Source: Chrysomallon squamiferum
Lineage: Eukaryota; Animalia; Mollusca
Direction of reading: 5' to 3'
DNA length: 64,000 bases
NCBI GenBank assembly: GCA_012295275.1
Contig: CM022669.1
Coordinates: forward strand, 15,376,001-15,440,000
A program made the translations under genes and the position numbers. A model generated the notes under the pieces. It was not told where the DNA came from. It was given only the letters and a program-made list of their open reading frames with translations, and ran no database searches. This document shows, in pieces, positions 38,843 through 53,282 of the stretch (positions are counted from its first letter, which is position 1; every line of letters begins with the position of its first letter).

Positions 38843-40618
38843 CTGAAAATACACACAAACAAAATGAATGGACGTTTTAGTGATCGAATTTGTCATAGAT
38901 AACTCAGTAAAATCAATCTAAAGTTAAATTGGGAAAGAAAAGAAGGCGAAAAAGAAGACAAAGTACTAAATTTTATAATCATTTTTAAAATGCAGTGAAT
39001 ATGATATAATACGATATAAATATAAGCATAAATATACTAATGCAATATAATATCATGATATGATACAGTACAATACAGTGAAATATAATACAAGATAATA
39101 TTATATTACATGTCATAAATATAATACATTATTACATAGCATGGCTTCAATATAATATTATATACTAACTGAATAACATCCAGTAAACAAAGCAAGCATC
39201 AGGTATACAAATATATAAAACACAGGGAAAGTGACACTGATTTGCTGTATACAGTTTCTGTTATCTACATGGAAGCAGGGGAAACCATTAGTGCAGTAGA
39301 TTTGGATATGTTAGTGTTAGAAGTGGGGATTGGAGATACATGCTTGAAAAGATAACAGTTATGAGAGTGAAAGAGAAAACACTTAGAATTGAGTGGTTAA
39401 AATGAAGAAGAAGATAAAACTAAAAGTCGCAAAATCTTCTGAGTGAAGAGTAGATTTATGTCTGGTTTTAAAACTACACTTAATTGTTCTTACAGTTCTA
39501 AAATAATCTCAAGATAGAGGTTACATACTATATATTTTTTTTTTACTTTTCTGAAGAGTCTGTGCAATGACAGGTAAATTGAAATTTCTAAGCTAACCGA
39601 TATGCAAGCCATATAAATATTATTTAATAAACTTAGAATCTTTGTGTGTTTGTGTGTGGTGTTTGTGTATGTCTGTAATAACGCCTATATGGCACGGAAC
39701 GGTACGTGGTATGTTATCTTTCAGGCTGGGTGTTAGAGTTCTATTATACACGTCATTCCCATCATTTTTACATAGTAGCATTGAAACAAAAATAAAATAA
39801 TATACCTTAGACATAGACCAACAACCGAACAAACCAAATCATGCTTTGAAAACCCCAAAGCAGAGAATCATGTAAATGTGAGTATCATGAAAAGATCAGC
39901 TCTAAAACATTCCTTAACTTTACCCCATAAATGCAAGAAGAAGGAGAAAGAAGAAGGAAACAGTTCCAGTTCTTATCAAGATGAAAGTGAAGTGAATCGT
40001 AATGAAAAGCTAATATTATTTCGCTTATCGTAACAGTTTGTCAGTCAGCGAAGAGACACTTGGTTTATCTGAGAAGCATCAAGGTATAAAGATTCCTTCT
40101 GTTTTTCAGTCTTTTGTTTATTTTTGCGTAAAGAAAACGTTTTGATGCTGAATGATGCCGCATTAGCAATTCAAAAGAGCCAAACTCTTTTTCAGTGTGT
40201 CATCAGTTATTAGAAGTGGCTAATCATAAGCCTACGGAGTATCGACTGACCAGAAACATTTTTATTTTTATTTTTATTTTTTTATTTTTTTTATCAGTAC
40301 AAAATCAGATTGCTTAATCTTGTTGTTGTTATTTTGTTCAAATGGTGGTCATTAACCCTGAAGGAAAGCTATTACATTTAAATGGTTTCCGTACCATCAG
40401 TGTGAGTACGTAAAGTCAAGGGAAATAAAAAAAAAAAGATTTCTAGAGCCAGGCTTTTGATTTCAAATTGTGCGTTAGCTTTAATGGGTTCTTTTAAAAT
40501 TAAAACTGCATTTGTTCATTGCATTTCAGATTGACTGATCGTAGTCAGAGTTCACCTTGAGAAAAATGGAAAAAATAGAAGCGGAGAGAGAGATATAACG
40601 AGAGAGACAGATAGATAG

Positions 40619-40698
<80 letters not shown>

Positions 40699-40859
40699 AA
40701 AAATAAAAATATATAGAGACATAAAGTAGAGAGAAAAAAACAGATTATTCAAATGGTTTCTTATTTATTGCGTTACTTCTCTACTGAAATAAATGTTTTA
40801 ACTAGCTATGTAGAGTAATGTAATTGCCAAGATGTATCATATCACACACTTAACCACAG

Positions 40860-40894
<35 letters not shown>

Positions 40895-41994
40895 TACACA
40901 CACACACACACACACACAAAAACACACATATAACAAATAATAATATCTTAATTATGACAGCTTTTAATGTGAAACATTTAGCTTCATTTATGCAAATACG
41001 CCAAATCTGGTATCTGAGGTGAACCGCATTTCTGGATCAAGTCTTAATATATACTTAAAATAAAAAATTAACAATAAAAAGAAAATAAAGTAATTGTACT
41101 GAACTGATGATACAAATTAATACGTTTCAAAAGCCGGATAAACAGTTGGTATCAGTATTAACATTATTTCTACAGTAGTGTTTTTCTACTTTCTTCTACT
41201 GAATATCCTAGGCGGAGGACAGCGCAAGTTATTAATAAACTTGCTTTTTATTTTATTTCCTCGGTTAACCGTTCCACAGAGCTATCAGAAACATACCATT
41301 CTGTTATGGAATTCCACTTAACAGTAAAACAAAACGTTAAATAAGAAATTAAAAAAAAAAAAACAAAATAGAAACGAAAAAGGAAGCGGTAATGTTGACA
41401 CCTCAAATAGATAAAACTTGTTGAGCAGGAAGTAGTTGCTTGGCATTTGTGTGTGTGGGTTTTTTGTGTGGGTTTTTTCTTCAAATTACTACTGTCAAAT
41501 AAATAACGTAATGATTTTATTTTGAAATCTATTTTAAGCGTTCACATTGAGCAAATTATCAGCGTATTTGATAGTAAGAAACGATTTCTGTCTTGCGAAT
41601 TAAGCGCTAAGACAAACTGGAACCGTATCAGAGATCGATTTTCTTTGAAGGAATGTGATGATTGGAACGAAAATAGATCAACGATAACATGATGATGGGG
41701 GAAAAAAAATATAGAACCAAAATCTAATTAATTATCGTATTTTGTTGCCTCGTTACGGGAGAAATAAGTAAATATAAAATAAAATAATAAATTACAGTAA
41801 TAAGAACTCTAAGTGTATTTTCTAAATAAAAAAAAAAAAAAATGGTAACATGTAATCAAAACTGTTTGAAAATAATTTATAAACTTCTAAACGTCTTGGA
41901 ATGAACTGATAAACACGTCACACTTTTTAACTGCTATCGGATAATAACAAAACAGGACTTTTGTTTTGACGCTGATGTTAAAAGAGATTGTATG

Positions 41995-42176
41995 CTGCTG
42001 GTACTCCGTTGGTTGCCGCTGCAGATTTGCAGCAAGTGATCTTTGATAGGTACTTTCCTATGGTGTAGAAGACATACCACTCCTTTCACGTTTTGACTGG
42101 TTCGGGAAGTAACTCAGCGGGCGCTCTAATGAGATCCATCGTGCCTTAGGTATAAGCTCCATTCACTGAGCTAAAT
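41995..42176 (-). mobile_element. Decayed tRNA-derived SINE relic (resembles Meta/MESC-domain SINEs of molluscs)
   Basis: Pol III A-box-like TAGCTCAGTG at 42173-42164. The body GTGGTATGT...AAAGATCACTTGCTGCAAATC is similar to the plus-strand copy near 54750-54810. Family assignment is from recall, not a search. Confidence 0.5.
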
Positions 42177-43049
42177 ATATCTCTTGAACTGTAAGGATAC
42201 TGTTCTTTGTTTGACATTTTAGAACTTAATTCATTTTTAATTATATTTATTATTTGTAACCTTTTAGACATCTTTGATTAATTTTTGCAATCATCGTCTT
42301 GATGCAGAGATATCTTTATAATATTTTTTTAGCTAAACCCATCCCTTGAAATATAGGACATTTTGTGACATTTTAGAACTTGTTACTTCTTTTTTAAAAG
42401 ATTATATTTCCTATTTGCAACAAATTAGACATCTTTGCATCATCTTAGCAGTCATCATCTTGATATAGAGAGATCTTCATAACATTTTGTGAGAAACTCC
42501 ATCTAGAGAAGATCACTAATGAAAACGTCTAGATCTAATTATGAATGTGTATGTATGATGACAGCTGTATAGCCGAATTTTTTAACAGTACTATTTAAAT
42601 TTAAAAATAAAATAAAAATAAAATAAAGAAGAAGATTAATTAGAAGGACTTCTTAATACTAATAGTTCCATGCTGTTATTAGTTTCACTGACCTGAGCAT
42701 GTCTAGGTCAATCTTTGCAATCGCGTTAACAACACCCAATAGCCATTTGCACGTCCTGCTTTTGATTCATTACAAGTTTTGCCATCGAGTCTTTTATCTT
42801 AACTTGTCACGAAGGACGAGCCACAATCCTCTTCATCATTCTTCGGCAACGGTAATATTCAGTTACCATGACGACCACAAGTATGATGACGTCAAATCAT
42901 GACGACGTTCGATAACCAAGACAACCCTTAGCGGAAATGATCTACTTTTTTTTTTTTTTTTTTTTTTTTCTGTTTCCTTTTTGAATTTTTGTTTTTGTTT
43001 TTGGTATCTGTTAACATTTTTTTTTTTTTTTTATGACGATATTATGAGA

Positions 43050-43290
43050 CCGCTAATCTTTATAAACTCTCCGCAAATCAACATGGCCGCCACTGTTACT
43101 AAATCGAATACCAGCGTTTAGTGCAGAAGACGTCATTGGTGGCAGTCTGGCCGGGGGTCGTCTGCTTCTTTGGGATCTCCTCCCGCGCTGTCCGCCCGCT
43201 GCTGCTGCTGCAATGAGACGTAGTAATCTAGTGTAAGCAACGACCGTCACACGTGACGTCATCGGGAGTGACTGAATACGTCATCACTGG
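43050..43290. promoter_or_regulatory. GC/CpG-rich island with clustered CRE/E-box/YY1-like motifs
   Basis: Overlapping CACGTG+TGACGTCA (43250-43261), GACGTCA (~43129), ACGTCA (~43278) and AACATGGCCGCC (~43080-43091). Another TGACGTCA lies at 42887. Confidence 0.45.
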
Positions 43291-43424
43291 GTTTCATAGG
43301 GATGCTAGCTCTGTTACACTATTTTTGTCTTTTTGAATTATCTTTGTAAAACATTTACGGTATATTTAATAAGATAAACGTTTTCATGTATAAAAGAAAT
43401 TAAATAAGTAAAATATCTTTAAGC

Positions 43425-44329
43425 ATGAAACGAAAAGATATAGAAAGTAAATCGTATTAAGATCATCAAGTACGAAAAATTAAAAAAAAAATTAAAAATA
43501 ATATAGGAAATAAATCTTTGAGTATTATAAGGAAGAAGAAGCTCAAAATTCAAAAACCACAAACGTTATCGCAGATAAAATAAATGAACTAAACAAGAGA
43601 AAAGAGATTCAAAGTTAAAATTATGCTAGATAAGCATCAAAGGAAAAAAAAAATCAGGTTAAAAAACTAAACCATATTTTAAAGTTATCATCTATGAAAT
43701 TAATTAAAGACAAAATGTCTGAGTATGATAAGGGAAAAGATCTAGAATCTGACTGCGATGAAAATTCCTGAAAAAAAAAACTTAAGAGGAACTACGTGTT
43801 TAAAGAAAGTACTATCTCGTCATTCTAAGTTACAGATAAAATACAAGTAACTAAAAAAGAATATTTTAGAAACTAGGTGAAAAAAAAGCTCAGAATTTGA
43901 ATGAAATTGGCAGAATGCTAATTTATACGTACGATAAATATCTAAATTAAAAAGAATAAAGATGAACTAGCTAAAACCCGGTCGATGGTTTGTTTCTTTA
44001 TATTTTATTTTGGTTAATATTGTAGACAGGCTAGACTACAAAAGCAATAAGTTTAAGAAATCATTACGTATAAACAATGATTATACCTATAAGAGAAAAT
44101 AGGTGTAAAAGTTATTATATAATATGTGTATAATAACCAATATGCAAAAACAACTGTATCTAATATGTGTATATACAAACGCTGGTAGAAAATATCGTTT
44201 AATTATGACGTGTGGATCAATATGAAATATTCAGAATCTGTTAAAAATGGTATATAACAGGTAACTGAAGATACTGCAGATTTAATAAACTACTTTTCGC
44301 TTGAACTCTATGACTCCTCTGAAGAATGA
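43425..44329 (+). pseudogene. Decayed AT-rich (Lys/Glu/Asn-rich) coding remnant, probably from a mobile element or virus
   Basis: Protein-like fragments broken by stops and frameshifts: MKRKDIESKSY*, EYYKEEEAQNSKTTNVIADKINELNKRKEIQS*, MKLIKDKMSEYDKGKDLESDCDENS*, KISFNYDVWINMKYSESVKNGI*QVTEDTADLINYFSLELYDSSEE*. The segment lacks the microsatellites of the flanks. Confidence 0.4.
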
Positions 44330-44683
44330 TTTTTTTTTTTTTTTTTTTTTTTTTTGTGTTTTTGTATTGTTGTTGTTGTTCTAAAAGCAGTACAACACAG
44401 AAGAAGACTAAAAAAAACACCAGCAGGTTATTGTGAGCGGTAGGTAAAGATCACAGGAAAACCCTACAACAGCCGCACGATTTTGCGAAGTGAAAAAGCT
44501 TCGTGATAATGCAGGATTCGTTGTAGAGAAAAACAACAAGAAAAAAAAAAACAATTCCCTCCAAGAAAAGGTAATTGAAATAACAAATAAAATTAGGAGA
44601 AGAAGATAAAGAAGAAAGAGGAACAACAACAAAAAAGGTTTAGGAGACATGTACTCAGACTATATATATATATATATATAGAC

Positions 44684-44731
<48 letters not shown>

Positions 44732-45156
44732 TGTGAGGAACTGTTTTAATCGACAACCCTGGCCTTGAAGTAATGAAACAATATTTGCAACTGCGATAAC
44801 GTTAGCAGGTGCTCAGTTTTGTAGTTTGCTAAAATGCCTTTTAAGTTTTTTCTATTATTATTATTATTATTACAAATAACGAAACAGAAAAGTACTATTA
44901 AAAAACTTATTGCCCTATGAATGAGATAGAATTTCAGGAACCGACGGCAGAAAGTAAATACGGGTAACAGCTGTAATGTTACTGTTCGCCATTTTATTCT
45001 TCTGTTTGAAACGTATCGTTCACGTTTTCTATGGTATTTTGTCAGAAACAAAAACAGTCTGTTTATATATATATATATAATTTATTTTTTGTTAAATTGT
45101 TGCAAGATGTTGAATTGAGTAATAACTTTAAAAGAACTAAAAAAAAACCAACAACA

Positions 45157-45212
<56 letters not shown>

Positions 45213-45359
45213 GAATAATAATAAAAATAATAATTATTTAAAAAATGCAACAACTTTGTAGTTTCTTTTCAGTGTTAGGTACTAAAGAAATTAATAACTT
45301 GTATAAGTCAGTTTAAAATACATGTACTGAAATAAAACGTTTGGGATGATAGAACAGTT

Positions 45360-45428
<69 letters not shown>

Positions 45429-47485
45429 GTGTATGTGTGAGTTTATTTCTAATTACGCTAAATTAGTAATTTCTAAGTCTGTGTTTTTTTTTTTTTTTAA
45501 AGTGTCCATTTTGTTAAACGCGCTATTGAGACAACCAATAATTCTCATCCGTACGGTGTTCACTCATTTATGACTCGATTTTACAGCGCTGTTTATACAG
45601 TTAATTCTGACACTCATGAAATGTTGAGCACGAAAGAGGTGAATAACTAGGATAAAATTCTTTTAAACTAAAGAAAAAATTTAAAACTACGTTTTTTTTT
45701 TTTTTTTTTTTTTCATTGCTCTATAATAAAAGGTGATGAAAAAGAAATAGTTACAGATATGGTGAAAACAAGCTTGGAGAGCTGCCAGAAAATGAAGTCA
45801 TGTAAAAAGTAGTGCACAATAAACAGCCATCAATTTAGACGCAGCAGATCTTTCTAATATATCTAAAATGTTCACATTAACGAGAACGTAGGCAGGATTT
45901 ACGACAAGTTGAGTACCGTTTTGATAGTTCCTTGTAAATTTAATGTTTCTTTACAAATAACGGTGCAAATCTTTTTCTAGGGTGTGTGTGTGTGTTTGTT
46001 ATGTGTGTGTGTGCGTGTGTGTGTATGTGTTTGTGTGGAATGGATTTTTATTTCGTGTAAGAAAATAGATTTTATATTATATTAGTTTAGATTACGTTTC
46101 TAGCATTTCTTCAGAAGCATCATGATTTCAAAACATTTTAATTCATAGACAACTTAGGTTTCGAACATTTTCTTCATTAATCACTGCAAGGTTATTTCAG
46201 AATCGTATTATGGAGACGAACGAATATTTATAGTTTTCACACTTTCAAGATGCATTCAGAAACTTTTGACTCAAAGCGTCTGTTTCCAGAAACTATTTAA
46301 ACAACCTATCTGGCTTAAAAAATATCCATAAAGCCTTCAGGCGAATATGACGGACAGACAGATTGATGGTGTGACTGAAAATAACAAACGCAGTAATTAA
46401 TGTAAAAGAGGGCCTCGCACAATGACAGTTTTAATGCAATTACCGAAGTCTTTATTCCGTTCTTGTCAAGAGTCGGATAGAAATCGATCAAATCAAACGT
46501 TTACAGGCAAAGAGCTCTTCAGCTATTTCGGAACAACAAAGACAACACGAATTTGTTTCATGAGTTCTGATGAACAAGTTTTTGTTGCTAAATATGACGA
46601 TATTTGATGACTTGGAAAAACGTTGCACGAACGAAATATCCAAAATAAGAATGAGAATAAAAATAAATCAACATGAAAAGGAAGTAGAGAAAAGAAAAGC
46701 ACCCCCAAAATATCAGGACAGTGTGACCTCCGGGGTTTGAAAATACCCTGGAACGGTCTTGTGGTTCTTTAAAATTATTTTATGAATATGCAACTAAAAA
46801 TATAACAATAGCAACTTTCTGAGGTAAGTAAGAAAGCCAGCAACGAATTCAGAGCATTAAATAAACAAAAAGACTAAATACTAGTGATTATGTCATTAAA
46901 ATACATGGAATATTTGATTTTTTATTTCATCATTTCCTTGTTTCTTCAAAAATACGTTGGTTTTTAATCACTGTTTTAAAAATCGAATATTTCCTTTGTG
47001 TTTCACTCAGGAATTTTGTGTGTACCTTTACCTGCAATTTTGTTCCGAGATATTAAAATGAAAATCAATTTTAATCACCTTCATTAGTAGTACTAATATT
47101 AAAGCAGAAATGGTAATAGCGATATTAGTAACAACAGCAGTGGCATTTGTAACAATACATTTCATAATAATAATAGTACAAGCAGCTGCAATAAGCACAG
47201 CAATAGTAATAGCAGAGCCACCAGATGTTGTAATAATTAGCAGCACCAATAGTAGCAATGTAGAATACTAATAGGAAAGCGCTGTAGTAATATTAACAAT
47301 AATTATAACAGCTGCATTGTAACCAACGTCATGGCAACAGTGCATGTTGTTGTTGATGTCGGTGAATACGGCTACATTCCAAAACACTGTTTTATTTTCT
47401 ATGTCAGATTGAAAAGACAGGACGGGCGAATAACTGTAACAAAAATCCAAAACAAAACAAAATTATAAGAATAAACAGGACAATT

Positions 47486-47592
<107 letters not shown>

Positions 47593-48511
47593 AGTCTTTA
47601 AAGAAATTAAGTAATAATAATGATAAAGAAATAGCTATTTTCACATATGAACGCTTCCTTGCAGATAAAATAAAATAAACAAACAAACAAACAAACAAAC
47701 AAACAAACAAATATTAACACATAGATAATTTATGTTCTTGCAAAAAATAAAAATGAAATTCCATGATGACTGTAATCAAGCGAAGAAAAGTTTGTGGTTG
47801 ATGGAGGTAATTAAGCAGAGAAAAGTTTCTATTTCGTTCTCGGTAATTAGGCGGGTCGGTTCTTTGTGGTAGGTCACAGTCATTAAACGGAATCAAAGCA
47901 GGCATTCACTTTCAGCGCGAAGGCGGAATAATGTTTGTGTTCAGTGGTTTAATGTCGCTGTCGGCTTAACGTGCAGTACACTCCACAAATCCATTCTTTT
48001 ATCGATTAAGAAATTCACCGATAATTTTTTTGAATCGATGCTGAAGTAAACTTGAAATGTAGGGCAGGGGGTGAAAGAACTCTAGTAAATGGTACAAGGC
48101 CTCGAAAAGAAAGTTTACTGGTTGTCATGCTGGTACGATCGCCTATCCAGATACAACATACGACCAGTATGTATCCGAGTTCATCCACTGTTTAAAAGGA
48201 AGAAGTCCTTGAATTCTAGGCTAACAGTAAGCACATTACAAAAATACACGATTCATTGATAAGAAGTTCGCCAGACCTTTACTATCAGTGTGTGTGTGTG
48301 TTTGTTTTTTTCACGGGCAGTATGCTAACTGTGGTTATGTAGAAAATCTTTTCATGGTTTTATAGGCAAATAGAGTACAAAATCGAGCAAAGGACTCCAA
48401 CCTCTCAGGCTGAAATTATTTAACTTTGTTTTTAATCTCTTAAAAGAAATGTGTGTGATTTCTGCCTGTTATTCAAAATACGTGTTATTATCTATATACG
48501 TAAATAAATAA

Positions 48512-48607
<96 letters not shown>

Positions 48608-49363
48608 TAATGACAACAGTATTAAAAAGCTAAGATAAAAAAAAGAAAAGAAAAGAAATGAAAAGATATATAAATACATACACACACGCACAGACATATA
48701 TATGTAATAATAATATTAATAATAATAATTAAAAAAAAAAAAATAAAAATAAAATAAAATAAAAGCGGAAGATTTTATAGACCAATTATGAACTATCTTT
48801 CCTTACATTAACGACAGCTAACCAGTCATTAACATGTCATAAAAACAACCACCAAACTCACACAAAAGTGAAATTACAACTATACGATTAAATAAACTTT
48901 GATGATTTCAATAGATGAGGTAACAGATGCAAGTTTTTTTTCCGATAGCTCTCTGGCCTAGCTCTTAATACATCGTTTTCTTACTCATTCATATATTTAA
49001 TGGTTATCGATCTGAAAATTAGACGATAAAATATCGAGGATGGGTGGCGATTTGGTATTATTTTATTTTCCATTTTATGTTTCTCGTTTAGAGTGATTAC
49101 ATTGTTAATGGTTAATTTTATTTGTCGCTGATTGTACTTCGGATGATGTTGCTGAATAAACGTATAGAAGTAATCTTCGTAAATGAACGAAATTAATGAT
49201 GATGATGATAGTTATGATGTTGTTGATAATAATAATAATTAATAATAATTAATAATAATAATAATACTTAAAGATATTATAAATGAATGAATGTACATAA
49301 CATTTTTAAAAAAAATCATTTCAACTACAAAACTTTTTAAATAACATATAAAAGTTTAAAAAG

Positions 49364-49394
<31 letters not shown>

Positions 49395-49929
49395 TAAATC
49401 CTACATATACAGTACAAGTACTGAAATACCTTAGCGTTAATTCCCGCATCCATATTTAAAACTCCATTGGCAATAACACATAGCCAGCTAACTTTGTTTT
49501 TAATTTCATCGTAGACTGTAAAACTTATACGTTTAAGATTCTAGAAATAAACATTACAAATCAAAAAAAAAAAAAAAGCACGTTTGATTTCTTTGCTTCC
49601 GTGTCTGGTGCAATTTTTTCAAATTGTCCTCTGCTCTCTGGTCTAGACTGTAAATTGCAACCAGTTTTTATGTTTAAATTGGTAATAGCAAAAATATACG
49701 TCTCATCTTTGTCATTCGCTAATAGACTGTCTGCGCTAGACTTTAAAAAAGTCGTCATGTTTTTTCAGGCCGACGCTGTCTGAGTTAACAGCACGTACTG
49801 GGCTCGTTTTCTGTTTGTAAATAATCAACAGTTTTTCTAGTTTAGTCATTACACACTTGTTTTAGAGTGAATACGAGTTTGCTCTCCTTTTTTTTTTTTA
49901 AGATTAACTTGTCTCTTCTAATTCAAAAA

Positions 49930-49962
<33 letters not shown>

Positions 49963-52900
49963 AGGACAGTTATAAGCTCTGTCTACGCTACCCAACTTTG
50001 TGGATTTTAAACCTTGAACATTTTTTAAAAATATAAATATTAATATTATAAACTAAAAAATTCCCCTCAAGAAACAAACAAAACAAAACCCTCCCTCCCT
50101 CCCCCCCCCCCAAAAAAAAAAATTAAAAAAAATTAATAAAAATTAAATAAACAAACAAAAAAAATTAATAAAAATTAAATAAACAAAATAAAAATAAACT
50201 AGAAAAAACCCACCATATTTCTCGTGACATCACAAACCAAAGCACAAAAAAATCAAACAAAAACAAACAATAGCGACAACAACGGTTGCAAACAACAGAA
50301 AATGAAACAAATGAAAAACAAAATAAAAGAAATGATAAAACTATCCCAAACGTCTCATAAAACCGCAGGATGAAAATTAGCAACACAAACAATCCATTAC
50401 AACTTCTACTAAACAAATAAAAAAATATAAATGCAAAAAATATGAAGAAAATGCCAAACAACTGATACAAGAAAAATACCCATGATCAAACAACAACCGC
50501 TGCTAAAATATCTGGAAATATCTTTTTATTTCCCTCGATACTTTCTAATTGTGTTTATTTTACGATTCTAATTGCGTTTGCTTTACATTAAATAATCGCG
50601 AGAATAATTACGCTATTTATGTCGACAAGGTCGTCTGATGTTTTACTTTGGTTAACAAGACAAACATTTTATTGTGGTCGTTTAATAACATCAATAATGT
50701 CGTCGTTCTCATTCGGTGTCCTGTCGTCACATTCCGTTATTGTCCGTTGCTAGACGTTCGACCAGTGAGTATTACCATTAGTCTGACGTCTATTAATAAA
50801 ACAACACGCGACAAGGTTCTTCTGTTGGGATAGTCTGACAACGTAATGTCTGAACTATATTATCGTCTCAGACCGCTACTGATCAACTGGTCGAAAAACA
50901 GACGTCTTTGTGCCCTCATTTAATCTAAAAACCAGAACAAACGCATCTTATTAAACAGCCTGTCAGTTTCCGAGTTCACCTAAAAGGAAAGCCAGTTAAT
51001 TCAGCGCTTTGTTGCAGAAATAACCAAAAAATCTGCTTCGTTTGAGGTATCGGTGGGAAATTTGATTTAACTTTCAGGGGGACGGAGCAAATAAAGCGGT
51101 CTGCTTTCCGCCAGCAGAGTCCAGACGTTGCGACAATGTCTTGCGATAAAAGACAAATTATGGCCAACATGAAAGAACGTAGACGGTCGTCCAGCAGTTG
51201 TTATTGTTCTCGTTAATGGGAAGTCTCACGTCAGATGAAACGTTTTTCGTTTACGTTGTTATAGAGATCGTTATGAGAAGTGTCTGGCCGTTGAACCAAT
51301 TTGGCGTTTTTATTTATGTATTGTTACGGCCATCCCCGCTGATCCGATAACAATTGTCTGAAGGAAAATGTGGTGACACGTAACATATAGGGTTAATTGT
51401 TCAGCGCTTGGAGATCGATAAGCAAGTTAAGTGGCTGGCGTATTCGCGGTCAGAATTAACAAACAGAAGGTCGTAGACCAGAGCACGGGGTGTCTTGAGT
51501 GTGTGTGCACCTAATTTGCTATGTGCACCTGCATATAAGGTTTTTCTGAAGCGAGAAGATGGGAAAGATAGAGATTTTTCTTTTACTGTTTTTCGTTTCA
51601 TTTTCTTGTTATTTTTTTCAAAATAAAGGTTCGCCCTTGAATATTCTTGTTTGTCATCCTGAAGCTGAATTATGTTCTGTAAAACTGCGTCACACAAACA
51701 GGAAAAGAGAGAAAACGAAAGACAGAAGTATAGTGAAAGATGACTAGAAAAGGAGAAAGAACGAGAGACAGACAGAGAAAAGAAGAGACAAACACACAGA
51801 AAAATTATCACTTTTAAATTTAATATTATTTTTCCTTTGTTTTGTTATTTACACCGTCATTACTATATTGAATACCGATATGTTTATTCTTCTAAAGTAA
51901 AAGCTTATATTATTAATCAAAAAAAAAAAAAAAAAAAAAGTTTCAAGTATATATTACCAAATTATAACAAAATAAACAGACCTCTGTAAAAAAAAAAAAA
52001 AAAAAACAAATTCAAAAATTTTACATGAGAAAAAAAGTCATAATGCAGAAAATGAAGTAAAGAAAACAGGAAGATATTTTTTGTTCTGGCTAGCCAAGGT
52101 TTATTCTGTAATGTTAGTTAACAAAGAAACACAAACATCATATTACGCGTGACGATGCCGGAAATCATGAAATCTTACCAACGCACCATTATCATTTAAT
52201 AAAGAAGTAAAGATAAGAAAAAAAAAAAAAAACTTAAAAAAAAACAACAACAAAAAACTACGTAGAAACTGAAAAGAAAAAAAAAAAACTTCACTAATTT
52301 ACGTCACAATTGTTCTTTCTCTTAGCCATTTCCGCGTTTCTCTGAGAACATAATACGACTGCATAATTCGAGGATTATAGGCACACGATGTCCTTTTAAA
52401 TAAATAATTCCAGTAATGGGAATCACTGAGTACAGCTGATCTAAACTTCATGCTGATTTGTCACCTCCAGCCAATGCACTACTAACAGAAAATGTGCTAC
52501 TGCGACAATCGCAGAAGAAAGGAATCCATCTGTGATGTTAATGACTCGAGCATTTATTAAAAAAAATTAAATTAAAAAATGTCCTTGTTTTGGTACAAAT
52601 GAATGGTCTGAATCCATTCTATAGGATGAGGATCTCTTATCCGAATAGTTCCGAAATCCGAAATTTTCTGTGAGCAGCAGAAATAGTGATATCTTACTGT
52701 TTTCGAGTTGTTTTGCATACACACAATTTATTTTATGCACAAAATTATTAAAAATATTATATAAAGAAATTCTGCAGACAGTTTGTACAATAAACTGGAT
52801 AAATGATTCTCAACCTGTATTTTATTTATTACTGAGCACTACGTTTTACTACTAATAAAGTATGATAATAAAATAACTGATGAGGAGGATGAATGATGTC

Positions 52901-53251
52901 TGTTATGACGTAATTTCGTTGACGAATATCGTTAAAAAGAACTGGAATTCTAATATATCAAATAAGTAATACAGTTGTTGATTACAGAGTTCACGGTCTG
53001 GATCTAAATCTTAGAGTAAAATGTAACTGTTAATACTGGACATACCTTTAATGTAACAGTTAATTTATACTATTTATATACCATGTTGGTCATCAGACAT
53101 AAGGGGAGGTCTAAACAGTCATATGTGTCCCTAGACACGTCGAACTGTTCATGTAAATCATGAATTCTACTTGAATTTTGTACATATATACACACACACA
53201 TACATAGATACAAATATACATGCATACATACAAACATACATATATACATAT

Positions 53252-53282
<31 letters not shown>

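Noticed and set aside
38584-38902. Plus-strand ORFs overlapping the GC-rich island
   Set aside because: Antisense shadows of the minus-strand exon, whose acceptor and stop match the island boundaries.
41225-41255. Hairpin GCAAGTTATTAATAAACTTGC followed by a T-run (terminator-like or Helitron-end-like)
   Set aside because: Weak AT-rich stem in eukaryotic DNA, and no CTRR terminus follows.
43053-43262. 69-aa minus-strand ORF (MTSRVTVV...AAAAAGGQRGRRSQR...) as first exon of the orphan gene
   Set aside because: No good phase-2 donor found to join to 38842. Openness is explained by local GC richness.
47028-47258. Hydrophobic 76-aa minus ORF resembling a membrane protein
   Set aside because: Derived from a decayed AAT/AGT/AGC trinucleotide region with a non-ATG start. 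Kept only as a weak candidate exon because of its phase-2 CAG|GTAAA end.
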